From positions 7,120,047-7,184,046 of the forward strand of contig CM082591.2 of the NCBI GenBank assembly GCA_040954595.2: a stretch of 64,000 nucleotides of DNA. The letters are read 5' to 3'. The notes under the pieces were generated by a model, which was not told the DNA's origin, did not search any database, and saw only the letters and a list, made by a program, of their open reading frames with translations. The position numbers and the translations under genes are program-made. This stretch comes from Balanoglossus misakiensis (taxonomy: Eukaryota > Animalia > Hemichordata). Shown here piece by piece: positions 1 through 14,795 of the stretch; position 1 is the first letter of the stretch; each line of letters starts with the position of its first letter.

Positions 1-3000
1 TTTCAGATAACACCAAATCATTGTAGTGCAAGTAAATGACTTTTTGTGTCTAAATAAATTTAAATTTAAACTTAAGCTGTTTTCATTAGAGACATGTTGT
101 CTACCATTCATAAAGGAATCACTTGAAATTGTAACTGCCTTTTACACTTGCTTGTTATTTAAGATTATGTACAGTGCCCTGCTGATAAATGCCATAGGTC
201 CTGATGTAGTCTGTATGCCTAGTAATAACAAGTGTATGTGAATATATGTACAGTTCTATGTACAATATATATATGCATGCAGCAGTGCATCATGGGATGT
301 TGTAGCCAGGTACAAAAATACTGAGGCAAACAGCATCATTTTTCATCATGCAATATTTAATAACACGATCATCATGTGACGTTATTAATACAACTTGTGT
401 TCTATAAAGTTACACGGTGTGCAGCTGTTTTGTCTATATTGGTAATGTCTCAACATGCATGTGATCGCAATTATTTAAAATCTGGTCTTTTTTTCTCTCA
501 ATCATGTTTACATGTATACACCAGAAATACCCTGACGAACACATAACACCTACATCACTGTAGTTACATAAAACTCTTTTGAATACACATAAACAGTGCA
601 CTACAGACTACAGTATTTTGTCAACATTGAGAATTGTGTGCAATTTTAAACAAGACAATAATTGTTTGTATCCATACCTTTTCTGATGATTACTCCTGAA
701 ATTGAGAGAAGATACTTTGTAGCTGAAGGAAATATTTTCTAAAATTCTATAAATTACATATATTATAGTGTTTTGCAACTATTAGTACATTCTATATTTA
801 AAATTAGCTTTCTGAATGTGAACATTCTAGACAAATGCATACAAATATCTGGCATAAACTCTGTAAGTTTTACACAAAGTTAGAAAAAAGGTGTGTTTCA
901 TAATTCCACAATTTTATCACACATTTGTGTTTTGAATTGAAATGCACAATTATCCAAAAACAAAAATGACTTTTTCTAAAATAATGAGTGTTGCTCAGTT
1001 TTCTGTTTGATAACAGATTTGTGTTTGCTTAAAGCAAAACACGTAGTTGGTTCAGAAAGATATGTAATATTTCAATAAATGCCCAGATTTGCAAATCTCA
1101 AAATTGGCCATCTTTTAATCAACTTTTTTCTTAAAGCAATATTTTTCAAAAAGCTCACATTTTATCAAAATCAATAATAAATCTATCTTAACAATTTATG
1201 CCATGCTGATGCCATGCAGACTTTAAATAAACATGATTGTAAACCATTTACATAATCCTAAGTCATTTGTGCATATCCTAATTATCGATTTTAGTTCCGG
1301 CATGCTGGACTCATTTTCGTGTTGTCTGCTTGGAGATGACACCATGTTTTGGAAGGGCGCCCTCTATAGCAACAAGGCGTACGCAGATCAAAATGAAGCT
1401 CAACCTACAATACTAACTTCAGCTTTGAGCAGATTTTCAAAATATCCCAGCATTACGAACCCCGACATCTGCTATGGGTGTACAATCATGACCATATGCA
1501 CACTATGTAAAAGTAAATCTATCAACTGCACATCATCCCACCAACCACTAAGGATAATTTCAGCCTCTCGTCTTATAAAAGATCTATGAAAAAATTAAGA
1601 ATAGATTTGGAAGACGATGATTATGATTTGAAAATTGGTTGCGAAGATTACCGTGTATTCTTAGCATTCAGCAGTTTTTAAACATAGATTTCACAAATGA
1701 TGTCCATCTCAACATTGTTATATCTATTTGTCAGGGTTCTCCCCATGCTGTTCAGTGGTCGGCTTTATTGTGAACTCAATCCAGTCTATTGTCTTATTTT
1801 GATATATTGATGAAGTGGTATGACTTGCAACAGTCATGAATATTAATGAGTATGAATATTAATGAGTAGCCAGCACTCAAGTCAACCATGTGAGAACCCT
1901 GAATTGTATTTGACACCAACTGATATTTTTCACATGATTTGTAATTTTCAAGAATTATTTTTCTTCAAGAATATACCACAGGTTTAGCATGTCATTGCGC
2001 ATCAAACATAAATTGTAATCTAAATTTTATCTTTAAAACTCTTAATACGATGTCTGCTTCTCTTGAATATTAAATTGTTTATAAAAATATAGCTAAAATT
2101 GCTACATTCTAGAAGACTTAATGAATAAAGTTGAAATGGCTGACATGCAATAGTCTTGCTGAACTCTCTAATTGGTGACAATTGTCAAAAAATATGTTCT
2201 TTAAAGGGTGACGATCGTCTTATGTGCATGTGTCAAACAAGTGACAGTGGCAATTTAGTTTGTGTAAATCACTCATCAATATCCATGACAACTTGTCAGA
2301 ATAAGATGCAATATGAAAATTATGTGACCTTGTTATTTTGAAATACATGTAACCTTTGAACTCTGACATGAGACCATGACCACTTTTTACCTCAGAGTTA
2401 GGACCACTGTTCATCAAATACCAAGAATGGCTGATAGTCTGACCCACACAGAGAATACGCAAATCTACTTTAGCATGAAAGCAGCCAAAATGCAAGAAAA
2501 AAATTATCCTACGATCACATCTTGAAATGTTACAAAAAATTTAGAAAGAAAACATGGTACAATAATTTGACAAACATTTATATGCAGGACTCTATTTCAG
2601 AAAAATATTGCATCAATACATGCTACAACTACTAATCTACATAGAAATGCAGCATTTATTTTTGTCTATTACACATTATAAGCATCATTATTGGCACGGT
2701 TACCCATCTTTCCATGATATTTTGCATGAACATCAGTGATGCTGAAAATAGCCAGAAGTTCATGAAACACCCAGCTGTCAGGTAAAAAAGCCTGCCATTA
2801 TTGAAATTCTTCAATATCAATCACATGATCTGGCCATGTGACCCAGGGCGTTGTCATTTCCAGGTGACGGGCAAGCAATATTTCAGCATCCAGTAACAGT
2901 TTTTCCAGGTATGTTTGTACATGTACTTTAGAACCCCCAGACATGTAACATGTATCAGGCATGGTGCCTCATCAGCCTCAACTTCAAGGCATTATGTTTG

Positions 3001-3486
3001 CACAGTCGTCATCAGCACCACATCGCTGAAGTTGCCCCGTCATCTGGAAATTTGAATGCCGACAGAACTGCTCCTGAATGTGTCTGACGTCATTTGATAT
3101 CGAAGAATAATCAAATATCAGATTGGTGGATCAATGCAAATGTTGCTTTTTTATCAGCTTTAACCCTTTCACCCCCATTCCCAGTAGAAAGGTCCAGAAC
3201 TGGTACAGAGAGCAATTGCGTTGGACCAAACCATAGTGAACACGGCAGTATTTGTGTGTGTGCAAAATCAAAATTACGAATAAGATGATGATCGAGAGAT
3301 GTCTACAGATTTTCACCCATAGTCATTATGTGCATTGAGGACGATTTTCCATCCATCTTGTTCAGATCAGAATATCCATGTATCAGGCATTCTGGACAGT
3401 GTATTCACGATGCTATCCATCTTCTACAGATCTTGGACACAGCAATTACACACCATGTACTTTTTGTGATCTCATGACAAAATGTT

Positions 3487-4138
3487 CTAAAGAGTTGGCC
3501 GACTGACTTTAGTGAGTCCAATACTTTCCAGAACCTCTCTCACTTCATCATAAGCCTCTGGTTGTTCAATGGTTGGTGGAATCTAAAATTGAATTAAAGA
3601 ATTCACTCATTAGACTTTCATTTCTTTCAAGCTCAGGTAACTTGATCCAACAAGCTATTTTTCGTAGGCCTTGTTTAACCCTTTCACCCTCAGTTCCCTC
3701 TTTAGAGATCCAACTTTACTATATGAAACAAAGGGGTTGGACTGAACCATGATGGTGAAAAGGTTAAGAAGCTAAAAATTAGAAGGGTGCCCTCTTTATG
3801 AAAATCAAGCCATTCAACCCAGTCAAAATGCACACGTGGCAAAGAAACAAAAGATATCCAACTCGGTCAAAGTACGTCCAATGGCCCATAGTGACCATAC
3901 ATATATTATCACGTCCCATACCTGGTAGGGTTAGAAATAAAGTCCCTTTTTCCTGAGCACAGTTCAAATGCTACCTCACCTTAAAAGGTTGTCCATTGGC
4001 CATGGACATCAGTGTTGACCTTGAGATCTTTCCAGATTTAGTTTTCGGCAATTTTGTCACAATGACAGCTTTCTTGAATTGATTCCCGGACAATCTGCAC
4101 AACTTCATTCATTATGTTGTGGTGAGACTTGTTGACAT
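3487..4138 (-). pseudogene. ACSS3: Last two exons (3980-4138, 3487-3582) of an ACSS3-like acyl-CoA synthetase, frameshifted copy
   Basis: Same exons as 36791-37436, but the penultimate exon is 159 nt instead of 176 nt: a 17-nt deletion across the GPVAA codons shifts the frame. AG/GT splice sites are retained. Confidence 0.8.
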
Positions 4139-5252
4139 CTGACAAGAAAATAACACATGCAAGGTTTCAAAGTAGAATTTCACTTTTTCACTAATGAACT
4201 CTGACCTGGGACAGAGACCTTTGGCCCAACTACTTTTGTGTACAATCAGTACATGCACTACCGGCATTATCTGTTTTGACTATTTTTTCCAGTATTTTTT
4301 TCCGAGTATCAACCATTGTTTCTTGTTCAGCTCCCCAAAGCACAGGGCGCTCGATCTCAAAAAATAAAAAAATAAATAAAAATAAATTTGTTGTTGTTGT
4401 TGAAAATAATAATGATTCGATATTAAAAAGAAATAAAAAAAATAGCGTCAAGGACACTTGGTGCTCTCTCAGCACTCTGTAGTGGATGATGAGCAGCATG
4501 TTTGGAGAACAGTGGTTTGGTATATGGGTGAAAGGAATAATTTGCAAACACCAAGGTGAAATGCTGAACTGTTTTGCTCATGTAATATTCAATGAAGCTT
4601 GATAAGGTAGGTGCTTGGCAGAGGGAAAAACCACTTGTCAAGGGCTCTGATAACTGTTTTAAATTTAGTCTTAAAAATGGCCCGCACACACAAATGGCCT
4701 CACACAAATATATTCTGTCATTTCCCTCTCAGATTTTGTATCTTATGTTATACTGATGGAATTCATTGTGTATTGTCATATCAAATTGCACCAGTGCAAG
4801 CTATGAGAAACAGGTTTTGAAAAAAAAAAACAGTGCAAGTAGAAGTACTAGTCTAAAAGTGAAAGAAATACATTTTGAAAAAAAAATCAGACAGCATTCA
4901 AGATCAGCTGAAGTGGTTTGATAAAAAGTTCTCCATTTTCAAGTATATACTGTCATGTGCTGACTATAGTAGTGTAGGTGGTAGCAAAAAAATACATGAA
5001 TTGTTCAAACAGAAAGTTCAATCATTTAGTTTCCCCAGTTTATGGGTGCATAGCAGTTGTGAACATAGTATATGAAATAAATTAAAATAGTCACTGCTCT
5101 CTGGTCCATCATTTTCGGTAGAAGTGACCTGATTTCACATCAATAGTTTCCCACCCGTCATTTCCAGCTAATTTCATGTAGAACAAAACTCCTATACAAC
5201 ATAATGACATTTCTAGAACCCTTTTTTGCTGGTTGGGCCCACAGACTAACAC

Positions 5253-5257
<5 letters not shown>

Positions 5258-5284
<27 letters not shown>

Positions 5285-8200
5285 TTATTTCTGCATAATG
5301 TAGGCCTCCGGCCCCTTATATGAATACAGAATCTTGAAGTCGTTCAAGTGACACCGTCCTAAGACTGAATTATAATAACATGTCATGAGGAAAGAAGAAC
5401 AAACAAACAAACAAACAACTAATTCTAACGCTCACTCTGCTTCTTTAACTCTGAACGCATGAAAGATAAATAAAGCTAAATTCTTGATTTGATTTACATC
5501 TTTTGTCTCCATTAAAGTTTTTAAAGAGTATAGGGAAGGTGACCTGTAAAATTCACATGGCAGGTACTTTTTCCTCAAAAAATCCCAGAAAGGGCATTAC
5601 TAACAGAAAATGATATTCATCTTCTATCTTTCTGACAAAATTTACAGATCCTCAACACCTTGTCTATTTGTCTGTGACGCCCAGTTTCAATTTCTAGTCG
5701 ATGGCTTCCACATCTAAATCTTGACAAGGCTCGGCGATACTTCAATAAAATCAATACATGAAATATACAGTTCGAGTGTTAAATCTGTTTTGAAATTCCT
5801 GTAATAGTTTGTTTTCTCATTTGTACTTACATCCGACCACCATTCCTGCCTTATTAGGCTGCATTCACAAACACCTGGAGGGGGGGGGGGCGCGAGAATT
5901 GAAGGGGGGGATTGAAAAAATTGAGGGTATGTAAGGGGGGATTTGAAATAATTTAGGGACTGAAAGGGGGGGACTTGAAAACTTTGACGACTAAATGTTC
6001 ATTTTGAGTCCACAAAAATGCAGTTTCGCGCCCTTTATTTTACAAAATTTTCTAACACACCCACACCCACCCCCTCCATTCATCGACACCTTTCAATCAT
6101 TGACTGGTTTATCTAGTGTCCCAGGTCAGGGGACTTGCCCCCACCCCATGATAACTTTGAGCGGCGACGGTTAAATTTGTCCTCCCCAACATACCGGTAG
6201 TTGAGTTAATTTGCTTTTGCCGGGTTCATTAAAATGCAGCTTTGAGCTCTGTATTTTATAAAATTTTCTTACGTGGGAGGGGGACACTCCCTCCCAAACC
6301 CACCCCCTTCAATTCTCGGTTTACAATGTCTCCCAACACAGAATACAAATACTTAAAAAATAAAAACAATGTTCAGTTTTAATACCCACTGATGGGAGGA
6401 AACATCAGTTTCAAATTCTTTTCATGGGGGCGCTGCTTTTCTTTTTTACAAGATAGATAGGTGATGTGTTTTGCTCTGTGAAAGCAAATAGGGATTTCAA
6501 AATTTTGGCAGTTCGGAAGGGGGGATTTGAAAATATTTCGGGTTGTATAGGCGGGCATGTGAAAATTAGCGTTAAAAAAATTGAATTCTCCCACCCCCCC
6601 CCCCCCCCCCCTCCAGAGGTGTTTGTGAATGCAGCCTAAGAACACCAATGGGAACCTTACATCATTTACTCTTGTTATAAATTCTGACAGAAAAATATCT
6701 GTGTCACCTACACCTTGATTTAGCCACACTTGCCCTAGGCCATAACAAAACAACAAACTTTTCACATCGGTAGCCCATGTATGTTTTCCTTGTTTGTCTT
6801 TTTCAAGTAACAGTTTGTATGCTTTATGTGGAAATCGTGACTCTGACATTTCTAGTATATGGATCCAGTACTTAACACATCTTTTTACATAATAACAGAA
6901 TAAAGGTAATCTACCGCAATCTCCCAGAACTGTACATCTTGGTGTGCTATTTGACACACCTAAAAATCGCCGGCAATATAATGAGTGAACTCTTTCCAAA
7001 TGTTCATATGGTTGAAATCCCCATACTTCTGACCCGTAACTAAGTACGGGTAAAATAAAAACATCAAAAATTTTAAAATACATTTCTGGACGTAAGTATT
7101 TCATGTTCTTAATATATTTTCCAAGTGTAAACATTTTTTTCCTGGCTTTTACAGCCATATTTTTCGTAGTTACTTACCGCTAATGAAATTTTGGTAGAAA
7201 TAACTAGACCAAGATATTCGTAGGCGCTTTCAACTTTTAGCTCTTGTCCACCGAAAAACCAACGCTCATATCTACTAAGGTACCCGCCTTTCCTGTATAC
7301 AACCACTTTTGTTTTTGATAAATTAACCTTCATTTTCCATTTCACAGTAAAATCATACAGGATTTCAGTAAGTCTTTTTAAGCCAACAACTGAGTTTGAA
7401 AACAAAACAATATCGTCAGCATATAATAAAAGAAATAACTGGAGAGCATCATTTGGAAGTAACTGAATTCCGCTTAATCCAGAATTCTCCAACACCTTTA
7501 CAAGCTCATTTATATAAAAGCTAAATAAAATCGGACTTAACAAACAGCTTTGACGAACGCCCTTCTGCAAATCAAACAGATCTGAAGTAACATCAGCAAC
7601 CCTCACACTGGCTTTCACATCGGCATACATAGCTTTCAGCATTTCATACATTTTCCCGTCAATGCCATCCAAGGCAAGTCTATACATAAGGCGGGTTCTG
7701 TCAACAGAGTCGAACGCTTTCTCAAAATCAATATAAAGACAGTACAATTTCTTTCCTCTTCCCAGTACCGATTTCTGAATTATTGCGTATAATGTGAAAA
7801 AGTGGTCCGCCATTGAATAGGCTTTATGAAACCCCGCTTGGCATTCTGGGATAGACTCGCTCAGATTTGCCCACTCTTTTATGCGTTCGTTAAGAACACT
7901 CGTGAAAATTTTACTAAAAACACTTACCAGTGTAATAGCTCTATAATTATCAGGTTTGCTAGGATCATTTTTCTTGAAAATAGGCACAATTGTACCAATT
8001 GCCCAACTCCTTGGGAACAGACCCTGATCAAAAATAACATTGTACAATTTATTTAGGAAGAGTAACAGAATATCTGTTGAATTCTTAAAGAATTCTGCTA
8101 CTAACATATCAGGCCCTGCTGATTTATTGTTCTTAAGCTTACTGATGGCCTTCAGAATCTCATCATCAGTAACCATACCATTCAAAATATTCGAGAACAT

Positions 8201-9075
8201 TAAATTACCATTTATCGACTCATGTACCCTAAATGGATCAAACTCATTTAGGAACTTATCCAGTTCGCTTATAAAAACTGAATTTAAGGTTGTATCCTCT
8301 ACTGACATTTCAAAAAGTGTCGAAAAATATGTCAGCCATTCGTCCAGTGATATTAAACCGTGCTGCCGATGACCACGTGTCCTTAGTTTAATTACACTCC
8401 AAATACTCTTTTCATCTGTCATATTTCTTCTTGTTAAAACCTGTTCTTTCTCGTCATATTCTCGCTTTTTACAGCGTGTCAACTTTTTATAACAACTTTT
8501 TTCCCTCTTATAATAATTATCAAAATCCTTTTTTAAACCTGAGTTACAAAATCTCTGTAAACTTTTCCGCATGTTTGTTTTTGACTTCGAACACTCAGAA
8601 TCAAACCAATCCATTCTGCAGTGGTAATCTCTGTGATTTCATCTAACCACAGAAAACATATCTTTCGCAGCACTTTTCAAAACATGTGTCACCCTCTCAA
8701 CATCATCGTTAACGCCCAGGTCATTTACAAACCGGAAGTTATGCAAAAAATCTCTATTTTCGCCAGAGCTGAGGTTTTCTTTGAATTCTTGTAACAACTA
8801 TACTCATTTCGCCAACATACATTGACTAGAGTACTACTGTGTACTTTACACTTATATTGAATATTTACTTTGAAGGTGCAACATACAGGTAAATGGTCCG
8901 ATTCATCTCGTATCGGTACCGAAAACGACATTACACTGGAGAATAAATCTCGTGATACAAGTACATAGTCTACAACACTTCGCCCTTCATTTGAAATACA
9001 AGTAAATTCCCCTTTACAAGAATCTTCCTTTCTGCCATTTAACATATACGAAATGTCTTTGCACAGTGTAATTAA
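5258..9075 (-). mobile_element. 5'-truncated non-LTR retrotransposon (CR1/L2-group LINE), copy A, degenerate
   Basis: ORFs 8725-9045 (APE C-terminus, VVDY...SDHLPV), 7109-8614 (RT: NYRAITL, QAGF, IDFEKAFDSVD, LLYADD) and 6379-7158; (ATT)n tail at 5258-5284; frameshifts and a MITE insertion. Confidence 0.92.
5857..6636. mobile_element. MITE with TIRs GGCTGCATTCACAAACAC (PIF/Harbinger-like), inserted in the LINE of copy A only
   Basis: Inverted termini at 5857 and 6636 flanked by TTA/TAA; absent at the orthologous site of copy B (~39120). Confidence 0.8.
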
Positions 9076-9389
9076 TGATAACCCAAAGTTATAGTAATCA
9101 TTCTGTCTGGTTTAGATGTGAAAAACAATTATGTTCTGAGTAAGCAACCTTGCCCTGATGATATTGTCATGAACCAACTACCATGGCAAGTCAAGGGCCA
9201 AACTACCAAGGTCATAGGTCATTTTAACTGCATGAGGGGGTCAGGTCAACACTCAGGACAGGGCAATGAGTTTGAAGGGAGATGTAAAACGGTATTTGTG
9301 ATTGGTTAAGAAAATGAAAATGAATAGACAGAAATATTTATGTAACACATATTATGCATGACATTCTGAAGAACAAAAACAGAATTTAT

Positions 9390-10945
9390 AGATTAAATAA
9401 GGCTAAAGCCCATTAACCCACCATCTACATTTAATACCTGCAACTCCATCAAAGCTTCCATTTTCCTAGTAGACAACTGCTCTTTGGCCATAGTATACCG
9501 CTGTCCGTAACTGGGCGATAATACTATCTTTGACCATGCCATATGCCGAAGATGTTGCACTTCTCATATCACGCTGCAAGACTGGTTTGCTGGCAGCAAA
9601 TCTAACAGTGGAAGAATGAAAAAAAGGTGAGTGATTATCAATTTCATTTTTATAAAATGACCACGGGGGTGTGAATCTTTGCAACTTCTGGAGCATGGGT
9701 CTAAATATCACTACACGCATCACGAGTGTCTGCATGATTTCTATGATTCGATCAAGACCGTCATTGAGAAGGAGATTTTATCTAACATTAAAAACTGTCC
9801 ATTCAAAGTGTATGCAGTACAGTTAGATAAGGCATGTCATCTTTACCACTTTGATGATTTATGTTAGATTTGTAAATGTAGATGGCGAAGTGGAATCACA
9901 TTTTCTATGTGTGAATAAATTAGAGGGTTGTACTGTTTTAGATATTTATGGCGTCATTTCTAGTCTTTTGGTTGATAAACAACTCAATCCTGCCAATTTA
10001 ATATGTCTTGCAACGGACGGAGCAAGTGTCATGAGGTGAGTGAAAACAGGTGTTACAACCAGATTTAGAGAACACAACCCTTTTCTTGTTGCAAATCATT
10101 GGTTGGCACATACGCTAGCACTTGCAAGTGAGAAAGCAGCAAATCAGGTGCCATACCTGATTAAATACATACGTGACCTGAATGAGATGGGTAAATTGTT
10201 AAAAGTTTTTCGCCTAAATTACTCAGAATGCTTGAAATGAGCAAAGCTACTCATGGTGAATCGGCAGCCAAAAAAATCAAACAAGTGTTTTTTACTCGAT
10301 GGCTTTCATTCAGTGGCTGTGTAGATGCTCTTGTTGGTTGCTTAGACAGTGTAATTTCATGGTTAGTACAAATTGCAAAGGATTCGACCCACAATGCTTT
10401 AGCAGCAGGGATGTTAAAACGAGTTGCAACATATACCAGTTTATTGCCATGACATACTTTGCAGCTGATGCCATTGGGTTGTTAGCAAGATTGTGTAAGG
10501 CTATGCAAAGAGTCGGCATTTCATGTGTGGATTAACATGAAGGACTAGATCTGTTTTCTCTAATATGATGACTAGAGTAGAAAGGCACAATGCTTCCTTG
10601 CAGAATGATGATTGTGATGTAGACAGCATCCTTGAAACTGTTGAAAATGTTGCTTCCCAAGTAGAAAAAACTCACCTCTTTGTTAAATGAAATGGACATT
10701 GATGCATAATTGTAGAGTGGAATACTGTATGAATGTTCATTGAACATTGGAAATAAAACTCTGCAAACATGAGAGAAATGTGTTGACTTTTTAATTTAAT
10801 GTACATGCACAACAAGATGAAAATTCACACGAGAAACAATATTTTTGTAAAAAAAATTTGGCTAATGAAATCTGCTTGTGGCTAATCAAAAAGGAAACTA
10901 TTAGCCACAGTGGCTAATAAATTTCAAAACCCAGCGCTAGCACAG
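9390..10945 (+). mobile_element. Decayed hAT DNA transposon (ZNF862-like transposase relic), copy A
   Basis: Fragments YVRFV...ESHFL, ATDGASVM, ANHWLAHTLALAS and TRWLS in shifting frames; the N-terminal piece (~9400-9680) lies on the opposite strand; probable terminus near 10945. Confidence 0.8.
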
Positions 10946-12530
10946 TTACCCCCCCCTCAGGTGACAGACTTCAATCCTTTCATGGCAAAGTACAAAGTAC
11001 AATCAGTCCAAACCTGTATTTTTTACATTTATGAAAGAGACCAGGCACCTATGATTTGCTGGAATATGTGAATATTTCAGGTACTACTTGATTCATTGCA
11101 AAAAATAAACCATTAATACTCTACTTGTTGGCATTATTCATACCTGTTGTTGTCAATTTGGAATCTTGTCAGAGATAGGGTCACCGCACTTGTTATGAAA
11201 ATACAGAACCATGAATTTAGTCAATAATAGAAGAAAACTGCTGACTCAGCATTTTCCCCCAATGGTTTGTCTATAGGTAAAATTTTTCACAAAATTTATT
11301 GCAAAATAGAGCGCGGTGACCACACAATTTTATTTGACCAATGAATTTATTTTTACATGACTGAGCTATGTGTAAAATTTTGTGAAAATAGTAGTTTGTT
11401 TTCCAGCAATTATCAATGTAATCCTACGGAAAAAAGACACACATGCACTCTTTATCAGTTATGTTTTGCACGTACATCCTTAACTGTTGCAACTGGCTTT
11501 ATCTGCAATAGACCTTATCTGACCTTTACCTCATATATCCAACTGTCCTGTTAACACACAGTATATGGAAATCCAACAGAAAGAAATATATTTGAATTGA
11601 ATAGAAGATGACAAAGTTCCAGTCACCAAAGAATATTTAAAACATTTGATAATTATTTAGTTAGTTGCAGTGAAACATTTTCTAAGTTAATAACTGAACT
11701 TCAATAGCTGACATGTTCTAAATGGACGATGTCAGTTGAACTTTGACAGAGACCAGACTAGATGTACAACACAGATATTTACTCAGATCACATGACAATC
11801 GTGCTTGGTATCTCGAGGTACAAAAAATCTGACTCAGTGACTTTTCTGCCATTTTTTCCGGTGATCATGTCACCTGCAGAGCTCTTGATACAGTTGTGTG
11901 CCTCAGGACAGAATTTCTACCTGGTGAAGAAATCAACTTATCTGTTACAACACTAAGAGGTAATGTTGCATTGAACTTGCTGTGATTTTCTGTCTTTTTC
12001 TTTCAGTCCTCCAACTAAAGCCACACCTTTTTCATTTTCATGTAACAGAAACACACACCTTTAAAGAATTCTATTGGAAATAACTTGACAATTAAGCGCC
12101 CAAACTTTTCTTGGCTTGAAAGATGACCAGAATATTGTGAATATTGTGAATACCAATATACATGTATTTACATGCGACTAATATCACTTATTTCAGATGT
12201 ACCTGGATTGAAGCTCTAACTAGGGAAGTTTTGAGAGGTATGTTCTACTGGAGCTGATGATTTATTATCTTGTTTTTAACTGAATACACTGAATACATAT
12301 AGCCCTGGTAGGTGACATGTTGTAAATGGGTGGTGGCAAAGAGATTCCAAACTCTGATATCACATCTACAACACAGGTATGTGACAAGTACTGAGCAGCT
12401 CTGTGGTACTTGGAACCAGACTCAGGGATTTCTCCTGTTTATGACAATTGAACCTACTGTAGCTTTGGCAGTGAACCATGCATTGAAGTTCTACCTTGTG
12501 AAGGAATCAACCACTCTGTTACAAAATTAA

Positions 12531-12875
12531 GGTGTCATTGCATGAAACCGTCGAGACTTTTTCAGAGGCCTATTTCTCATCAAAGACAACGTTAAAACCC
12601 CAATAAACCATATATATTCTGGAAGCTGAGTTTTTGAACTTTTGTTTGAGTTACAACGGAAATGGAGGCGTTTTGGGGATAAAAAACAAACATTTTTTGA
12701 TATTATGTCATTCAATTTAATTTAGGTAAAAAAAGTTGACCATGCATCATGCATCTTCATATGTCATTCGAAAGTAGAGTACAAATGCAAAAAAAACTGT
12801 AATTTTGTTTCGCGTTATTTGCTTCCATTGAGGAGTAACAGCGTTTGAAAGTTAGATTTTTAGAAAATTTGATCA
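12531..12875. mobile_element. Left part of a TTAA-target non-autonomous element (complete in copy B at 45632-46348)
   Basis: Matches 45632-45972; the right part was removed by a ~455-bp deletion in copy A. Confidence 0.65.
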
Positions 12876-12942
12876 TATGTGACAGAAACACACGAACACA
12901 CTCAAAAAGAATTACATCAGAAATACAATGTAATTCTTGACG

Positions 12943-13330
12943 ATTTTTAGGTCCCATTGGTATAGGCCTATATACCATGGGACCTTACGGGATCGGTTGC
13001 GTCTGTATGTATGTATGTATGTATGTATGTATGTATGTATGTATGTTTGTATGTATGTATGTATGTATGTATGTATGTATGTATGGATGGATGGATGGAT
13101 GGATAGATGGATGTATGTCTGTATGTCCGTCCACATCAAAAACTTGAAAACCACTGCGTGTATCACCTTGATATTTGGTGTGCAGATGCAGGCTGGGCTG
13201 TAGATGGGAGTTTGTTCAAATGAAGTTGTCATTGCCAAAAACATGCAAATTAGCTGGAAAAATGTGAATTTGGTCAAAACTCAGTAACTCAAGAACTACT
13301 AGTCAGCTTGCTTTGCGAAGTGGTGTGTAT
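12943..13330 (+). mobile_element. Helentron-associated (HINE/DINE-like) interspersed element with (TATG)n microsatellite
   Basis: T-run, hairpin aggtcccattggtata...tataccatgggacct, then (TATG)n/(GATG)n at ~13004-13120 and a core; same element at 46496-46800 with a much shorter microsatellite. Family assignment is from structure only. Confidence 0.55.
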
Positions 13331-13472
13331 TTACTTTTATTGAGTTGTTTATATACACAGCAAATTCCTGAATGATTACATGACTGGCTAAGTTTTAAAG
13401 AGGCCAGCTGTTCTATTTAGTGTATGTACAGTACATATGCCATTGGCAGCTTATGGGTCAGTCAGCTTTTGC

Positions 13473-14070
13473 CCATTGATCTCTCTCTAAGTGTGTGTGT
13501 GTGTCTGTCTGTCTGAATATGGCCAAGTACTCCGTTGTACACTTTTTCTTGTGTAATCCCTCCATGGGACCACTGTGTCCTTGACACGATTTTTTATCCA
13601 AGTGACAATCTGGAACAGCCCATTGATCTGTGTGTGTGTGTGTGTCTGTCTGTCTGTCTGTATATGGCCAAGTACTCCGTTGTACACTTTTTCTTGTGTA
13701 ATCCCTCCATGAGACCACTGTGTCCTTGACACGATTTTTTATCCAAGTGACAATCTGGAACAGCCCATTGATCTCTGTGTGTGTGTGTGTGTGTGTGTGT
13801 GTCTGTCTGTCTGTCTGTATATGGCCAAGTACTCCGTTGTACACTTTTTCTTGTGTAATCCCTCCATGAGACCACTGTGTCCTTGACACGATTTTTTTAT
13901 CCAAGTGACAATCTGGAACAGCCCATTGATCTGTGTGTGTGTGTGTGTCTGTCTGTCTGTATATGGCCAAGTACTCCGTTGTACACTTTTTCTTGTGTAA
14001 TCCCTCCATGAGACCACTGTGTCCTTGACACGATTTTTTATCCAAGTGACAATCTGGAACAGCCCATTGA

Positions 14071-14164
<94 letters not shown>

Positions 14165-14733
14165 TGTCTGTCTGTCTGTCTGTATATGGCCAAGTACTCC
14201 GTTGTACACTTTTTCTTGTGTAATCCCTCCATGAGACCACTGTGTCCTTGACACGATTTTTTTATCCAAGTGACAATCTGGAACAGCCCATTGATCTCTG
14301 TGTGTGTGTGTGTGTCTGTCTGTCTGTATATGGCCAAGTACTCCGTTGTACACTTTTTCTTGTGTAATCCCTCCATGAGACCACTGTGTCCTTGACACGA
14401 TTTTTTTATCCAAGTGACAATCTGGAACAGCCCATTGATCTGTGTGTGTGTGTGTGTGTGTGTCTGTCTGTCTGTATATGGCCAAGTACTCTGTTGTACA
14501 CTTTTTCTTGTGTAATCCCTCCATGAGACCACTGTGTCCTTGACACGATTTTTTTATCCAAGTGACAATCTGGAACAGCCCATTGATCTCTGTGTGTGTG
14601 TGTGTGTGTGTCTGTCTGTCTGTATATGGCCAAGTACTCCGTTGTACACTTTTTCTTGTGTAATCCCTCCATGAGACCACTGTGTCCTTGACACGATTTT
14701 TTATCCAAGTGACAATCTGGAACAGCCCATTGA

Positions 14734-14795
<62 letters not shown>

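Noticed and set aside
1200-1589. 118-aa ORF (and paralogues at 34061-34433) as a gene
   Set aside because: Frame is not conserved between copies; only HILIIDFSS resembles a tiny LINE RT fragment.
6379-6660. Novel C-terminus of the LINE ORF (GGGG-rich)
   Set aside because: Read-through into the inserted MITE.
11760-12530. Plus-strand exon-like segments (ag|...|gt) as upstream exons of the GT gene
   Set aside because: No consistent reading frame or recognisable protein, and indels differ between copies; cannot be supported without RNA data.
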